In this document: piece by piece, positions 43,677-55,000 of the stretch
Numbering within the stretch: position 1 is the stretch's first letter
Layout of the letters: each line of letters starts with the position of its first letter
Assembly (NCBI GenBank): GCA_963712965.1
Contig: CAVQJZ010000007.1
Location: forward strand, 205,365 to 269,364
From: an uncultured Pseudomonadota bacterium
GTDB lineage: Bacteria > Pseudomonadota > Gammaproteobacteria > DASZBR01
DNA length: 64,000 bases
Direction of reading: 5' to 3'
Made by a program: the position numbers and the translations under genes
Notes under the pieces: generated by a model
What the model saw: the letters and a program-made list of their open reading frames with translations, nothing else
What the model was told of the DNA's origin: nothing
Database searches by the model: none

Positions 43677-44229
43677 ACGTTGTGCGTGGGCAAATAACGA
43701 TCCGCTCATGATCAATTACCATGATAACGAATGGGGCAAACCCATTCATGATGATCGCTTACTATTTGAATTTTTAATTTTAGAAGGCGCGCAAGCCGGT
43801 TTAAGTTGGTCAACCATTTTGAAACGCCGCGAAAATTATCGGCTTATTTTTGATCAATTTGATGCACAAAAGATTGCGCGTTATTCAGATAAAAAAATTG
43901 AAAAAATTTTAGTAGACGATCGTATTATTCGTAACCGTTTAAAAATTCAAAGTGTCGTAAGCAATGCGAAAGCTTTTTTGGCCACACAAAAACAATTTGG
44001 TAGCTTTGACCAATATCTTTGGCAATTTGTGGATGGCAAACCAAAAATGAATCATTGGCGCACACACCAACAAATTCCTGCCAGCACCATAATTTCTGAA
44101 AAATTATCCAACGATTTAAAAAAACGCGGGTTTAATTTTGTCGGCAGCACGATTTGTTATGCCTTTATGCAGGCCGTGGGCATGGTCAATGATCATTTGG
44201 TTGATTGTTTTTATCGTCAAGGAGCTTAA
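43669..44229 (+). CDS. tag: DNA-3-methyladenine glycosylase I
   Basis: ORF 43657..44229. Start at MNKRCAW; NDPLMINYHDNEWG and the C4 zinc residues are typical of Tag. Confidence 0.85.
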   Translation: MNKRCAWANNDPLMINYHDNEWGKPIHDDRLLFEFLILEGAQAGLSWSTILKRRENYRLIFDQFDAQKIARYSDKKIEKILVDDRIIRNRLKIQSVVSNAKAFLATQKQFGSFDQYLWQFVDGKPKMNHWRTHQQIPASTIISEKLSNDLKKRGFNFVGSTICYAFMQAVGMVNDHLVDCFYRQGA

Positions 44230-44232
44230 CGC

Positions 44233-45087
44233 ATGACAGCGCAATTATTGGATGGAAAAACTTTAGCTGAAAAAATTCAAGCGGAATTACGTGAGAAAAT
44301 TCGCCATCTTTCACGCGCACCAGGACTCGCCGTAATTTTAGTCGGCCAGGATACTGCTTCAACCATTTATGTACACAAAAAAAGTGAAGCGTGCAAAGAA
44401 ATCGGTATTCATTCCGTATCATTTAATCTTGCAGAAGATGTTTCTGAAAAAGAATTATTATTATTAATCGATCAATTAAATAATGATGCAGTCATTGATG
44501 GTATTTTGGTACAACTGCCTTTACCTAAACATATCAATACACAACATGTCATTGAACGCATTGCGCCACACAAAGATATTGATGGTTTTCATCCTTATAA
44601 TTTAGGACGCTTAGCGCAAGGCGCACCTTTGCTTCGCCCCTGCACACCGTATGGCATCATGCATTTACTGCACGCCACAAAAATTGATTTGCAAGGCATG
44701 CATGCCGTGGTGGTAGGTGCTTCAAATATTGTCGGCAAACCGATGGCATTAGAATTATTAACCGCACAATGCACTGTAACGTTATGCCACAGCAAAACAA
44801 AAAATTTAGCGCAGCATATTAAAGCAGCAGATATTTTGGTGAGCGCCATGGGCAAAACAAATGTTATTCAACGTGACTGGATAAAAAACCAAGCTATCGT
44901 CATCGACGTTGGCATTCATCGTACACAAAATAACAAATTGTGTGGTGATATTGAATTTGATTCGGCCAAAGAAAAAGCCAGTTGGATCACACCAGTGCCT
45001 GGCGGTGTCGGACCAATGACAGTGGCTATGTTATTATCGAATACCGTATTTGCAGCAACTGCCTTTCATGGAGTAACGTCGTTATGA
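44233..45087 (+). CDS. folD: bifunctional methylene-THF dehydrogenase/methenyl-THF cyclohydrolase
   Basis: 284 aa; canonical FolD sequence (LLDGKTLA...[10 protein letters not shown]). Confidence 0.92.
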   Translation: MTAQLLDGKTLAEKIQAELREKIRHLSRAPGLAVILVGQDTASTIYVHKKSEACKEIGIHSVSFNLAEDVSEKELLLLIDQLNNDAVIDGILVQLPLPKHINTQHVIERIAPHKDIDGFHPYNLGRLAQGAPLLRPCTPYGIMHLLHATKIDLQGMHAVVVGASNIVGKPMALELLTAQCTVTLCHSKTKNLAQHIKAADILVSAMGKTNVIQRDWIKNQAIVIDVGIHRTQNNKLCGDIEFDSAKEKASWITPVPGGVGPMTVAMLLSNTVFAATAFHGVTSL

Positions 45088-45869
45088 TTCTTTGTCTTGA
45101 TGTCGGTAATTCACAAATTTTTGGTGGCGTGTTTGATGAAAAAGAACAAATTCAATTACGTTTTCGCCATGATACAACTTACAGCAGCACCTCTGATCAA
45201 CTAGGTATTTTTTTAAAAAGTGTCTTGCGCGAAAATGGTATTGATCCGAAACAAATCAAACGCATCGCGATTTGTTCTGTCGTACCACCCATTGATTATT
45301 CATTGCGCGCTGCATGCATTAAATATTTTGAGATTGAACCTTTCTTTCTTGAAGTCGGCGTCAAAACCGGCTTAAAAATCAAAGTGTATAACCCCAAAGA
45401 ATTAGGCGCCGATTTAGTTGCTAATGCGATTGCTGCTGTTGAGCAATATGCGAATAAAAATATTATTGTCATTGATTTCGGCACCGCCACTACTTACAGC
45501 GTGATCACCAAACAAAAAGAATATTTAGGTGGCGCGATTTTACCTGGCATGCGTTTATCGATGAATGCGTTGCAAGGTGGCACAGCAAAATTATTCGCCG
45601 TGGAGATTTTAAAACCCAAAGATGTGGTTGGTCGCTCGACAGAAGAACATATTCAATCAGGTTTGTATTATGGTCAATTAGGCGTCATCCGTGAATTTAT
45701 TGAGCGCGTGAGCAAAGATTATTTTGCTAATGAAAAACCTGTTGTCATTGGCACCGGTGGATTTGCGTATTTATTTGAAAATGAAAAATTATTTACCGCG
45801 ATTGTTCCTGATTTGATTTTGCATGGGTTATTACAGGCATTAAAATTAAATTCGTTAAAGCGTCATTAA
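45084..45869 (+). CDS. coaX: type III pantothenate kinase
   Basis: ORF 44982..45869. Start at [15 protein letters not shown] (45084), overlapping the folD stop. Confidence 0.85.
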   Translation: MILCLDVGNSQIFGGVFDEKEQIQLRFRHDTTYSSTSDQLGIFLKSVLRENGIDPKQIKRIAICSVVPPIDYSLRAACIKYFEIEPFFLEVGVKTGLKIKVYNPKELGADLVANAIAAVEQYANKNIIVIDFGTATTYSVITKQKEYLGGAILPGMRLSMNALQGGTAKLFAVEILKPKDVVGRSTEEHIQSGLYYGQLGVIREFIERVSKDYFANEKPVVIGTGGFAYLFENEKLFTAIVPDLILHGLLQALKLNSLKRH

Positions 45870-46127
45870 TACCAGTTCACACGCGGTTAATTCGCGATAA
45901 ATATTATCTAATTGCTCTTGGCTTTGCGCCTGAATTAATACCGTCAACGCGAGATATTTACCGTCTTTACTGGGGCGAGTACGAATAGCCGTTTCTTTTA
46001 ACTCAGCAACATGATGACGAATAATCGACAAGGCGGCTAATTCAAATTCTGGATTAGCCGCACCGACGATTTTAATCGGAAAATCACAAGGGAATGTTAA
46101 TGCCGTTTTGGTTTCTTGATTATCCAT
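45855..46127 (-). CDS. ybeD: YbeD/UPF0250 (DUF493) protein
   Basis: 90 aa; FPCDFPIKIVG motif; located downstream of the dacA-like gene as in E. coli. Confidence 0.8.
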   Translation of the reverse strand: MDNQETKTALTFPCDFPIKIVGAANPEFELAALSIIRHHVAELKETAIRTRPSKDGKYLALTVLIQAQSQEQLDNIYRELTACELVLMTL

Positions 46128-46130
46128 TAA

Positions 46131-47495
46131 TTAAAAGAATCTCTTAAAAAATAATTCGATATGATCGATAAAATCAGTCCACACACCACCACTTGGAGCT
46201 GCCGTTAACGCAACAATATTCGCGGAGGCAATAACTTTTTTATCTAACACTACATTGATATTACCAACGACCGCGCCTTTCGCTAATGGCGCTACCAAAT
46301 ATGGATTAATATTTTTTTGAATCGTTGCTTTAGCAAATTGACCTCTGACGACCGTCACATAAAAATCATTGGCGAGACCAACAGGAATATTGCCATTGGT
46401 GCTATACCATACACGCACATTGGTAATTGGTTGATCCGCAGAATAAATTTTGTGCGTATTATAAAAACGATAACCATAATTTAATAATGCTTCGCTGTAA
46501 GCATCACGATCGTGACTCGAAGGCGCGCCTAACAATACCGATAACAAACGCACATTGCTGCGCACAGCAGAAGATACCAAACAATAACCTGCTTCGCTGG
46601 TATAGCCTGTTTTCAATCCATCGACGGAAGGATCACTCCACAATAAGCCATTGCGATTAGGCTGTGTAATGTTGTCATAGGTTAATTCTTTCAAAGCAAA
46701 GAAATGGTAATACTGTGGGAAATTAACCATCATCGCGCGCGTTAACGTCGCAATATCACGCGGCGTGGTGTAATGATCAGGATTCGGCAATCCAGTGCAA
46801 TCCACATAATGCGTATTGGCCATATCCAAAAGTGCCGCTTGTTGATTCATTAAATTAACGAAGTTAGCGCCTGTGCCACCCACATATTGTGAAAGTGCAA
46901 CACATGCATCATTGCCTGAATCTACCACAATACCTTTAATTAATTGTTCTACTGTCACCGATGACCCTGGGGTTAAAAACATACGCGAACCACCCGTCGA
47001 CCATGCTTTTTTACTAATCAACACAGGATCATTTAAATGAATACGTCCGGCTTGCAACGCTTCAAACGTTAAATATAAGGTCATTAATTTGGTCAAACTA
47101 GCAGGCGCCATATGTTGATTAGGATTTAACGTCGCAATCACCGCACCGCTGTTAACATCCATCAAATAATATCCATGAACATTCAATGCTGGCGGTATAG
47201 GATTTAACACGGGAGTTACAGTTGGCATCGGCATTGCTTGTGGCAAAGGCTGTGACACAGGTTGTGCATTAGCTGTCGCGGTAGCGGTAGTAGCGCCAGT
47301 CGTCGTATTGGTATTTTGTTGTGTAGGGCCTGCAACACTGTCAGTAGGTGAAACGGTTCCAGGTGCTTGCGTTGCAAATACGGACGATGTACTCACTGAT
47401 GAAGATGAATCTGCAAAACTAGAAGAGATAAAACTGATATTTGCAAACAATGAAACCAACAAAACTAAGCCAATTTTCCTAACAACGTTATGCAT
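46131..47495 (-). CDS. D-alanyl-D-alanine carboxypeptidase (PBP5/DacA-like) with a ~90-aa Ser/Thr/Ala/Pro-rich N-terminal linker
   Basis: SLTK (SxxK), SGN and KTG motifs. A low-complexity segment after the signal peptide. Confidence 0.8.
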   Translation of the reverse strand: MHNVVRKIGLVLLVSLFANISFISSSFADSSSSVSTSSVFATQAPGTVSPTDSVAGPTQQNTNTTTGATTATATANAQPVSQPLPQAMPMPTVTPVLNPIPPALNVHGYYLMDVNSGAVIATLNPNQHMAPASLTKLMTLYLTFEALQAGRIHLNDPVLISKKAWSTGGSRMFLTPGSSVTVEQLIKGIVVDSGNDACVALSQYVGGTGANFVNLMNQQAALLDMANTHYVDCTGLPNPDHYTTPRDIATLTRAMMVNFPQYYHFFALKELTYDNITQPNRNGLLWSDPSVDGLKTGYTSEAGYCLVSSAVRSNVRLLSVLLGAPSSHDRDAYSEALLNYGYRFYNTHKIYSADQPITNVRVWYSTNGNIPVGLANDFYVTVVRGQFAKATIQKNINPYLVAPLAKGAVVGNINVVLDKKVIASANIVALTAAPSGGVWTDFIDHIELFFKRFF

Positions 47496-47586
47496 CGATG
47501 ACTACCCTCTTGCGTAAATAAAATAAAACGTAAAATCTACCATAAAACTTGCCTTCACCCAACAAACTACTTACTCTTGCCGCCTT

Positions 47587-48240
47587 ATGCCGATCGAAAC
47601 TGCCAGACAAAATATGATTTCGCAACAAGCACGTGCTTGGGGTGTGCTTGATCAACAAGTACTTGATTTATTGCGCCATGTCCCGCGCGAAAATTTTGTC
47701 CCAGCAATGTATCAAGCATTAGCGTTTGCCGATACCCATATTCCACTCGAACATAACCAACAAATGTTATCGCCCAAAGAAGAAGCGCGCATTATTCAAG
47801 CACTCCATATCCAACCCAATGAACGTATTTTAGAAATTGGCACGGGCAGTGGTTATTTCACAGCGTTATTAGCTCACTTGGGCAAACATGTTGATAGCGT
47901 TGATATTTTCGCTGATTTTACCGAACAAGCAAGCGACAAATTATCCGCGCTCAATATTCATCATGTCAAATTACATACAGCAGATGCCGCGCATGGTTTT
48001 ATGAAGCAAACGCATTTTGATATTATTGCCATCACCGGAAGCGTGCCATTTTTACCCGAACATTTTAAACATCAATTAACCTTAGGCGGACGTTTGTTTG
48101 CTATTATCGGCGATGATCCTTTGATGCAAGCAACATTAATCACGCGCGTAGGGCAAGAAACTTGGCAAACACAAATTTTATTTGAAACATTAGCTAAGCC
48201 ATTAATTAACGCGCCACAGAATGAAAAATTTATTTTTTAA
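47587..48240 (+). CDS. protein-L-isoaspartate O-methyltransferase-like (Pcm family)
   Basis: Pcm-fold SAM motif RILEIGTGSGYFTALLAHLG. Confidence 0.7.
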   Translation: MPIETARQNMISQQARAWGVLDQQVLDLLRHVPRENFVPAMYQALAFADTHIPLEHNQQMLSPKEEARIIQALHIQPNERILEIGTGSGYFTALLAHLGKHVDSVDIFADFTEQASDKLSALNIHHVKLHTADAAHGFMKQTHFDIIAITGSVPFLPEHFKHQLTLGGRLFAIIGDDPLMQATLITRVGQETWQTQILFETLAKPLINAPQNEKFIF

Positions 48241-48263
48241 TATTTGTTTGTGAGAAATTAAGT

Positions 48264-49745
48264 ATGAAAAAGTTTCACTTATTTACTTTATTAGCCATCG
48301 CGACCTGCTTTGGTATGACAAGCAATGCGCGGGCAGCAGATTTATTAACTGTTTATCAACAAGCCGTACAAAATGATCCCACATTTCAAGGCGCATTAGA
48401 TACGCGCAATGCAACAGCCGAAGGTGTGCCAATCAGTAGAGCCTCATTATTACCTACCCTAGGAGCTACCGCGCAAAGTAATTTCACGCAAACCAATTCA
48501 CCAAGCGCCAACAGTCCATTTAATAACGTTGCTGCTTTTAATTCACATGACTACGCCTTATCGTTATCACAACCTATTTTTAATTTAGCGGATTGGATGG
48601 CATTACGTTCTGCAAGTGCTACCGCAAAACAAGCGGACGCTACATATGCTGCTGCACTGCAAACATTAATCATCAATGTTTCTACGGCGTATTTTAATGT
48701 ATTACAAGCACAAGACACGCTAACGTATACCGAAGCGCAAAAAGAAGCATTAGCAAATCAATTAAAACAAATTCGTGCCAGATTTGATGTTGGTCTTGCG
48801 ACCATGACAGATGTTTACCAAGTACAAGCTTCCTATGATGCAATTGTTGCCGCTGAAATCACGGCAAAAAATGCGATCATTAATAATGAAGAAGCACTCA
48901 CAGCGATGACAAATAATACATATTCGCATTTAGCCACATTGCGTAAATCATTTCCTTTGGTGACACCTGCACCTTCTAATACAAATCAATGGATTCAAGC
49001 AGCCGATGCACATAATTGGACTGTGCGCGCAGCGCGTTATGCCATGCTTGCTTCGCATGAAACATTGCGCCAAAACTTTTCTAACAATTTGCCAACAGTT
49101 TCTGCAACAGGTTCGTACCAAGATGGTAACAATCTTGGCGGTGGTGGCAGCAGTAGCGGCAGCAATGCAAGTTCTACTGATAGCGCATGGTCAACCACGG
49201 TTGGCGTGCAAGTCAGTTTCCCTATTTTTTCCGGCGGTTTAACGCTTGCACAAACACGTCAGGCTGAAGATAACTACGCTGGCGCTAATGCAAGTTTGGT
49301 GTTGGCACAACGCACTGTTGATTTACAAACTGAACAATCATTTAATAACGTTGTTGCTTATGCGAGCAAAGTTGCTGCCGATCGCGTGGCCATTACTTCA
49401 GCAGAAAGCGCACTCGATGCAACTAACGAAGGATTTAAAGTCGGCACAAAAACTATTTTAGATGTATTAACCGCCGAGCAAAATTTATATTCTGCGCAAA
49501 CAACCTATGCTGCTGATGAATACACTTATATTTTAAGCACGCTGCAATTAAAACAAGCCGCCGGCACATTAAGCGTGGAAGATGTGCAAGCGATTAATGC
49601 GTGGCTGGAACATCAACAAAAAGAAACTACCACTGAAAAAGCGCACGTCCCCAAAATTAAAACATACACCATGCACAAGTATGATCACGTCAAAAAAGAT
49701 GTAAAAAAGAGTGTGAAAAAAGAAATTGATGCGAAGAATTCGTAA
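48264..49745 (+). CDS. tolC: outer-membrane efflux channel TolC
   Basis: Signal peptide; two OEP repeats; LTVYQQA / TILDVL signatures. Confidence 0.85.
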   Translation: MKKFHLFTLLAIATCFGMTSNARAADLLTVYQQAVQNDPTFQGALDTRNATAEGVPISRASLLPTLGATAQSNFTQTNSPSANSPFNNVAAFNSHDYALSLSQPIFNLADWMALRSASATAKQADATYAAALQTLIINVSTAYFNVLQAQDTLTYTEAQKEALANQLKQIRARFDVGLATMTDVYQVQASYDAIVAAEITAKNAIINNEEALTAMTNNTYSHLATLRKSFPLVTPAPSNTNQWIQAADAHNWTVRAARYAMLASHETLRQNFSNNLPTVSATGSYQDGNNLGGGGSSSGSNASSTDSAWSTTVGVQVSFPIFSGGLTLAQTRQAEDNYAGANASLVLAQRTVDLQTEQSFNNVVAYASKVAADRVAITSAESALDATNEGFKVGTKTILDVLTAEQNLYSAQTTYAADEYTYILSTLQLKQAAGTLSVEDVQAINAWLEHQQKETTTEKAHVPKIKTYTMHKYDHVKKDVKKSVKKEIDAKNS

Positions 49746-49747
49746 AT

Positions 49748-50497
49748 TTATTTCCGCGTTCTTCTCTGCCTTATCACTTCAAACAAACACACACCCGTGG
49801 CAACAGAAACATTCAAGCTAGAAACAGAACCCAACATCGGAATACTAATCAGAAAATCACATTCATCGCGCGTTAAACGACGCAACCCTTCACCTTCAGC
49901 ACCCATCACAATTGCTGCCGGACCTTTGAAATCCATTTCATATAATGTTTGCGTAGCTTCGCCGTCTGCACCGTATAACCAAATACCTTTTTCTTTAAGT
50001 TCACGAATCGTGCGCGCAAGATTTGTGACGCTAATAAAAGGTGTTAGTTCTGCCGCGCCACACGCGACTTTTCGCACCACCGGTGTAATACCTACCGCGC
50101 GATCTTTCGGTGCAATCACCGCATGCACACCCGCGGCATTCGCTGAACGCAAACACGCGCCTAAATTATGTGGATCTTGTACGCCATCTAAAATTAACAA
50201 TAATGGCGGGCCATCAATATTTTCTAATAAGTTTTCCAAATCATGTTCTTGCCACACTTTTTGTTCTTTCCCTGCGCACAGTGCAACTACCCCTTGATGC
50301 ACACGCTCTGGCGCATACTTTTCTAATTGTTCGAGCGCCACGCGTTGTATAGAAACATGCTGCGTTTGCGCAAGATCGATTAATTGATTCATCCGCTGAT
50401 CACGACGTTCTTTTTGAATCAATAGCGTTTGAATCTCTTCGGGAGATTGTTTAATTAATGCTTCAATGGCGTGTAGGCCGTAGACAATATTCTTCAT
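49748..50497 (-). CDS. rlmB: 23S rRNA (guanosine2251-2'-O)-methyltransferase RlmB (SpoU family)
   Basis: SpoU motifs and an N-terminal L30e-like domain (IVYGLHAIEALIK). Confidence 0.8.
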   Translation of the reverse strand: MKNIVYGLHAIEALIKQSPEEIQTLLIQKERRDQRMNQLIDLAQTQHVSIQRVALEQLEKYAPERVHQGVVALCAGKEQKVWQEHDLENLLENIDGPPLLLILDGVQDPHNLGACLRSANAAGVHAVIAPKDRAVGITPVVRKVACGAAELTPFISVTNLARTIRELKEKGIWLYGADGEATQTLYEMDFKGPAAIVMGAEGEGLRRLTRDECDFLISIPMLGSVSSLNVSVATGVCLFEVIRQRRTRK

Positions 50498-50526
50498 AAC
50501 GATAGATCCTATTAGATTTCAAAACA

Positions 50527-51324
50527 TTATTTAATTTTTGGCTTAGTTGCCTTAAACCAACGAATTAGCAATTCTTGATCATAAATTGAATCAGCAATTA
50601 ATTGATATGCTTCAACGGCTTGCTTCCAAGCCAGCTCACCGAAACGAGAACAAAAAACTTTGGCATTATCAGGATCGCTAAGTCTTTTAACAATGTCATT
50701 ATTGTATTCAACATAATGGTGATTTTCGTCCCTCATTTGAATGTCACAAAATCCGTTACGTTTAAGCGCATTCTTATAATCTGCTTCTGTTTGAGCATAC
50801 AATGTTAAATTCTCCATCTCGCACATCTTTTGCAATCGGGCGCTCCATTGATTTTTCGCTGGGCTCAACCAGTCATCAACGACAAAAAAACCTTGCGGCT
50901 TCAAAACACGCATCACTTCTCGAAACAGCGTACATTTGTCTTCTACATGAACTAAAACACCCTTACTATAAATCACATCAAAAGACTCATCCGAAAAAGG
51001 CAACTGCGATAGATTATCGTAAAGAACAAATTTTACTTTTGAATTTAGTGCACTCGGCGTTCTATGCGTAGCTTCTTGAACTAACCATGGATTAATTTCA
51101 ATGCCTGTTACCTGAGCTCCATAATGTTCTGCCAAATAAAAGGCAGCTGCACCAAGCCCAAAACCAATATCAAGAATTTTTTTATCGCGCAAAGATATCC
51201 CAGCAAACATTCTATCAATGGCAACCGTTCCACCTTCGGATAACATATGATCGCCATAAGTGCCTTCTAGGAATAAACAGTAATCTGTTGAGTATTCAGA
51301 AATTAATTTTTCGAAATTGCTCAT
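50527..51324 (-). CDS. class I SAM-dependent methyltransferase (phospho-ethanolamine/phospholipid N-methyltransferase-like)
   Basis: SAM motif ILDIGFGLGAAAF, acidic loop, ~90-aa C-terminal extension. Confidence 0.55.
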   Translation of the reverse strand: MSNFEKLISEYSTDYCLFLEGTYGDHMLSEGGTVAIDRMFAGISLRDKKILDIGFGLGAAAFYLAEHYGAQVTGIEINPWLVQEATHRTPSALNSKVKFVLYDNLSQLPFSDESFDVIYSKGVLVHVEDKCTLFREVMRVLKPQGFFVVDDWLSPAKNQWSARLQKMCEMENLTLYAQTEADYKNALKRNGFCDIQMRDENHHYVEYNNDIVKRLSDPDNAKVFCSRFGELAWKQAVEAYQLIADSIYDQELLIRWFKATKPKIK

Positions 51325-51388
51325 AAATAATTCCTTAACGATAAATCATCCAGTATGTCGACACGCATTCGACATACTGGCTATCTGG

Positions 51389-51931
51389 TCAATAACGAGG
51401 AATATCTTTTTTGGAAGAAAAGTACTTTTCCATTACCTCTTGGGTAGTTTCCTTATCGGCAAACCCCAAAGTATCTATAAGTTTACCTTCCCTATCGAAA
51501 GCATCAGCGTAACTTCTAAGTGCGTCTTCGCGACGATCAAGATGGTGCTTTAGCAAAGTAGCTTTATTAAAATGGTATAAAGCGTTACCCGGGCAAAGTT
51601 CTATTGCTTTATTAAAGTTTTCCAAAGCACTCTCGTGTTTGCCTAAATCTTCCCATTCAATAAAAGCTTTAGCTTCGAATAAATCAGCGCGCATAGACAA
51701 TTGTGACATGGCTAACGTTTTATCTAGTAATTCTAAGGCGGTTTGAGAGTGTCCCAGTTTACCTAAAGTGATAGCCTTTTCTGTTATGCCTTTAGTGTTA
51801 CTAGGATCGTACTTTAGCGCCTCTTCAAAATCCGCTAATGCTCCCGAATAAGCTTTGCTTAATTTTTTTTCTACACCTCGATTGTAATAAAATTTAAAAC
51901 TTTTATTTCGTATCCATTCAAGTACGAACAT
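51389..51931 (-). CDS. tetratricopeptide-repeat protein
   Basis: Several TPR-like 34-aa units; a G8 tract occupies the Shine-Dalgarno position (see findings). Confidence 0.6.
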   Translation of the reverse strand: MFVLEWIRNKSFKFYYNRGVEKKLSKAYSGALADFEEALKYDPSNTKGITEKAITLGKLGHSQTALELLDKTLAMSQLSMRADLFEAKAFIEWEDLGKHESALENFNKAIELCPGNALYHFNKATLLKHHLDRREDALRSYADAFDREGKLIDTLGFADKETTQEVMEKYFSSKKDIPRY

Positions 51932-52019
51932 TATCGCCCCCCCCTTAACTATATGCGAAATTTTTTTAATTTTACGATCCTATCTCGGTTTCATAGAAAC
52001 AAAAATCTTATCTCACGCG

Positions 52020-55000
52020 CTAATAACACACGGCAACTTTCTGCTCACCCAACGATAAACGCAATTGCCCAAGCAATTCATCGCTTAATTTCACTTTCCA
52101 TTGCTCGCCTAAAGCCACTTTGGCTTTAGCTTCTTTAGTTTCATATTCAATATACACTGGGCAAAACCCAGGACAAGCGGGATGCAATATTTTCTGCAAT
52201 CGTTCAATATCGTGTGACGCCATTTTTTCAGCTTGCAGCGAAAGCAATAAATATTTAGCAAAACGTTCACGCGCTACATCCAAGCTATATAAATTACGTG
52301 CGATTAATTTATGGCTGCCAGTAAAATCATCTAAACTGACTTCACCTTCTACAATTAAAATTTGATCGGTTACTAAATACTTTTTGTTTTTCTCATACAT
52401 CTCTGAAAAAATAGTTAATTCTACGCGCGCGGTTTGATCTTCCAACTGAATAAATGCCATGCGATCGCCACGCTTAGTAAACATCGTGCGCATCCCGATG
52501 ACTAATCCTGCCACCATCAATGTTTGTTTTTGTGTTTTGGCAATGTCGGCTAACGCGGCTGTTGTAAAATGGCTGAGCTCTTGTGCATATTGTTGCAAAG
52601 GATGGCCGCTCAAATAAAATCCTAATGTTGTTTTTTCATTTTGTAATCGTTCTTTTTCAGTCCAAGGAGAAGCTGCATTGTAATGAACGTGATGCGCGGC
52701 AGGTTCGTCATCAAATAAACTCACTTGGCCACGATTTTTTGCGCTTAATTTTTGTTCGGCGGCAAGCAATGCTTTATCAACATTGGCAGATAAGACAGCG
52801 CGATCCACTGCAAAAGAATCAAACGCACCGGATTTAATTAATGCTTCTAACGCACGACGATTAAGTTTGTGCGAATCTAAGCGTTGGCAAAAAGAAAATA
52901 AATCCGTGAATACACCCTCAGCACTTCGCTTTTCAACAATATGATTAATAATGGCTTCGCCCATACCTTTGATGGCGCCCAACCCATATAAAATTTCACC
53001 TTTTTCTGTCACGGTAAAACGATATTTACTGCAATTCACATTCGGCGGAATAATGGTTAATTTCATGCGACAACATTCTTGTAGAAAATCGACCACTTTA
53101 TCTGTGTTATCCATATCAGAAGACAAAACCGCCGCCATAAATTCTGCTGGGTAATGCGCTTTCAACCACGCGGTTTGATAAGCTACCATCGCATAAGCCG
53201 CGGAATGCGATTTGTTAAATCCGTATTCAGCAAATTTTTCCATTAAATCAAAAATAGTATTCGCAATGTGCGCGTCGACACCACGTGTCACCGCACCTTC
53301 GATAAATATCGCGCGTTGTTTTGCCATTTCTTCGATTTTTTTCTTACCCATGGCTTTACGTAATAAATCGGCGCTGCCTAACGTATAACCGGCAAGAACT
53401 TGTGCAATTTGCATTACTTGCTCTTGATACAAAATCATTCCATACGTGGGACGCAACACAGATTCTAATGATGGATGTGGATATTCCACGCGTGCACGAC
53501 CATGACGCCGATTAATAAAATCGTCCACCATGCCAGATTGCAATGGACCTGGTCGAAACAATGCCACCAACGAAATAATATCTTCAAAAGAATCTGGCTG
53601 AAGACGTTTAATTAAATCTTTCATCCCGCGAGATTCCAGCTGGAACACGGCGGTCGTTGCACAATCTTTAATTAACGCGAATGTTTTTTGATCATCTAAC
53701 ATTAATTTAGTGATATCGAGCAATGATTCTTGCTGCGTGCGACGCTGTTGATTAATATTTTCTACGGCATGCGCAATAATGGTTAACGTACGCAATCCTA
53801 AAAAGTCGAATTTAACTAAACCCACCGCTTCAACATCATCTTTATCAAACTGCGACACAGGATGATCACCACCCGGTTCACAATAAATGGGAGTAAAATC
53901 TGTCAGCAACGACGGTGAAATTACAACGCCTCCTGCGTGTTTTCCCGCATTGCGCGTTAGGCCTTCTAATTTTTTCGCCAAATCTAATAAAGTTTTTACC
54001 TCATCTTCATCGTTATAACGCGCGCGCAATTCTTCTTCTTGCTTGAGCGCTTTATCTAAGGTGATACCTAATTCGAAAGGAATTAATTTAGCAATTTTGT
54101 CGACAAATCCATACGGATGCGCCAAAACACGCCCCACATCACGCACCACCGCTTTGGCTGCCATCGAACCATACGTAATAATTTGCGCTACACTTTCACG
54201 ACCATATTTTTGCGCGACATAATCAATCACGCGATCACGTCCATCCATACAAAAATCGATATCGAAATCGGGCATGGAAATACGTTCAGGATTTAAAAAA
54301 CGTTCGAACAGTAAATCGTAAGGCAATGGATTAACATCCGTAATACCTAACGCATACGCAACTAATGATCCTGCGCCCGATCCACGACCAGGCCCAACTG
54401 GCACGCCATTATTTTTCGCCCACGCAATAAAATCTGCCACGATTAAAAAATAACCGGCAAAACCCATATTATTAATAACAGATAACTCAAACGCTAAACG
54501 GTCATCATATAATTTTCGTTCCGTAATATTCGCTTCTTGTAACCGTGCATTTAATCCTTGATTAGATTGATCTGAAAGATATTTTTCGATAGTTGTTCCA
54601 GAAGGAATAGGAAATTGCGGTAGAAAATTTTTGCCTAAATTTAATGTGACGTTACAACGCTTGGCAATTTCAACACTATTGGCCAGCGCTTCGGGAAGAT
54701 CGGAAAATAATTCTTCCATTTCTTTACTGGAGCGCAAATATTGTTGTGCAGAATATTTACGTTGGCGCTGCGGATCTGCCAGCACAACGCCATCATGAAT
54801 ACACACGCGTGCTTCATGTGCCTCATAATCATCAGCCGCTAAAAATCGTACATCGTTGGTGGCAACCAGCGGAACATCAAAGCGTGCAGCGAATTCAACC
54901 GCGGCATCAATAAACGTTTCTTCATCCGCACGCCCTGTGCGTTGAATTTCTAAATAAAAACGTTGGGAAAATTTTTCTTTGAATTGCTGATACAAGTTTT

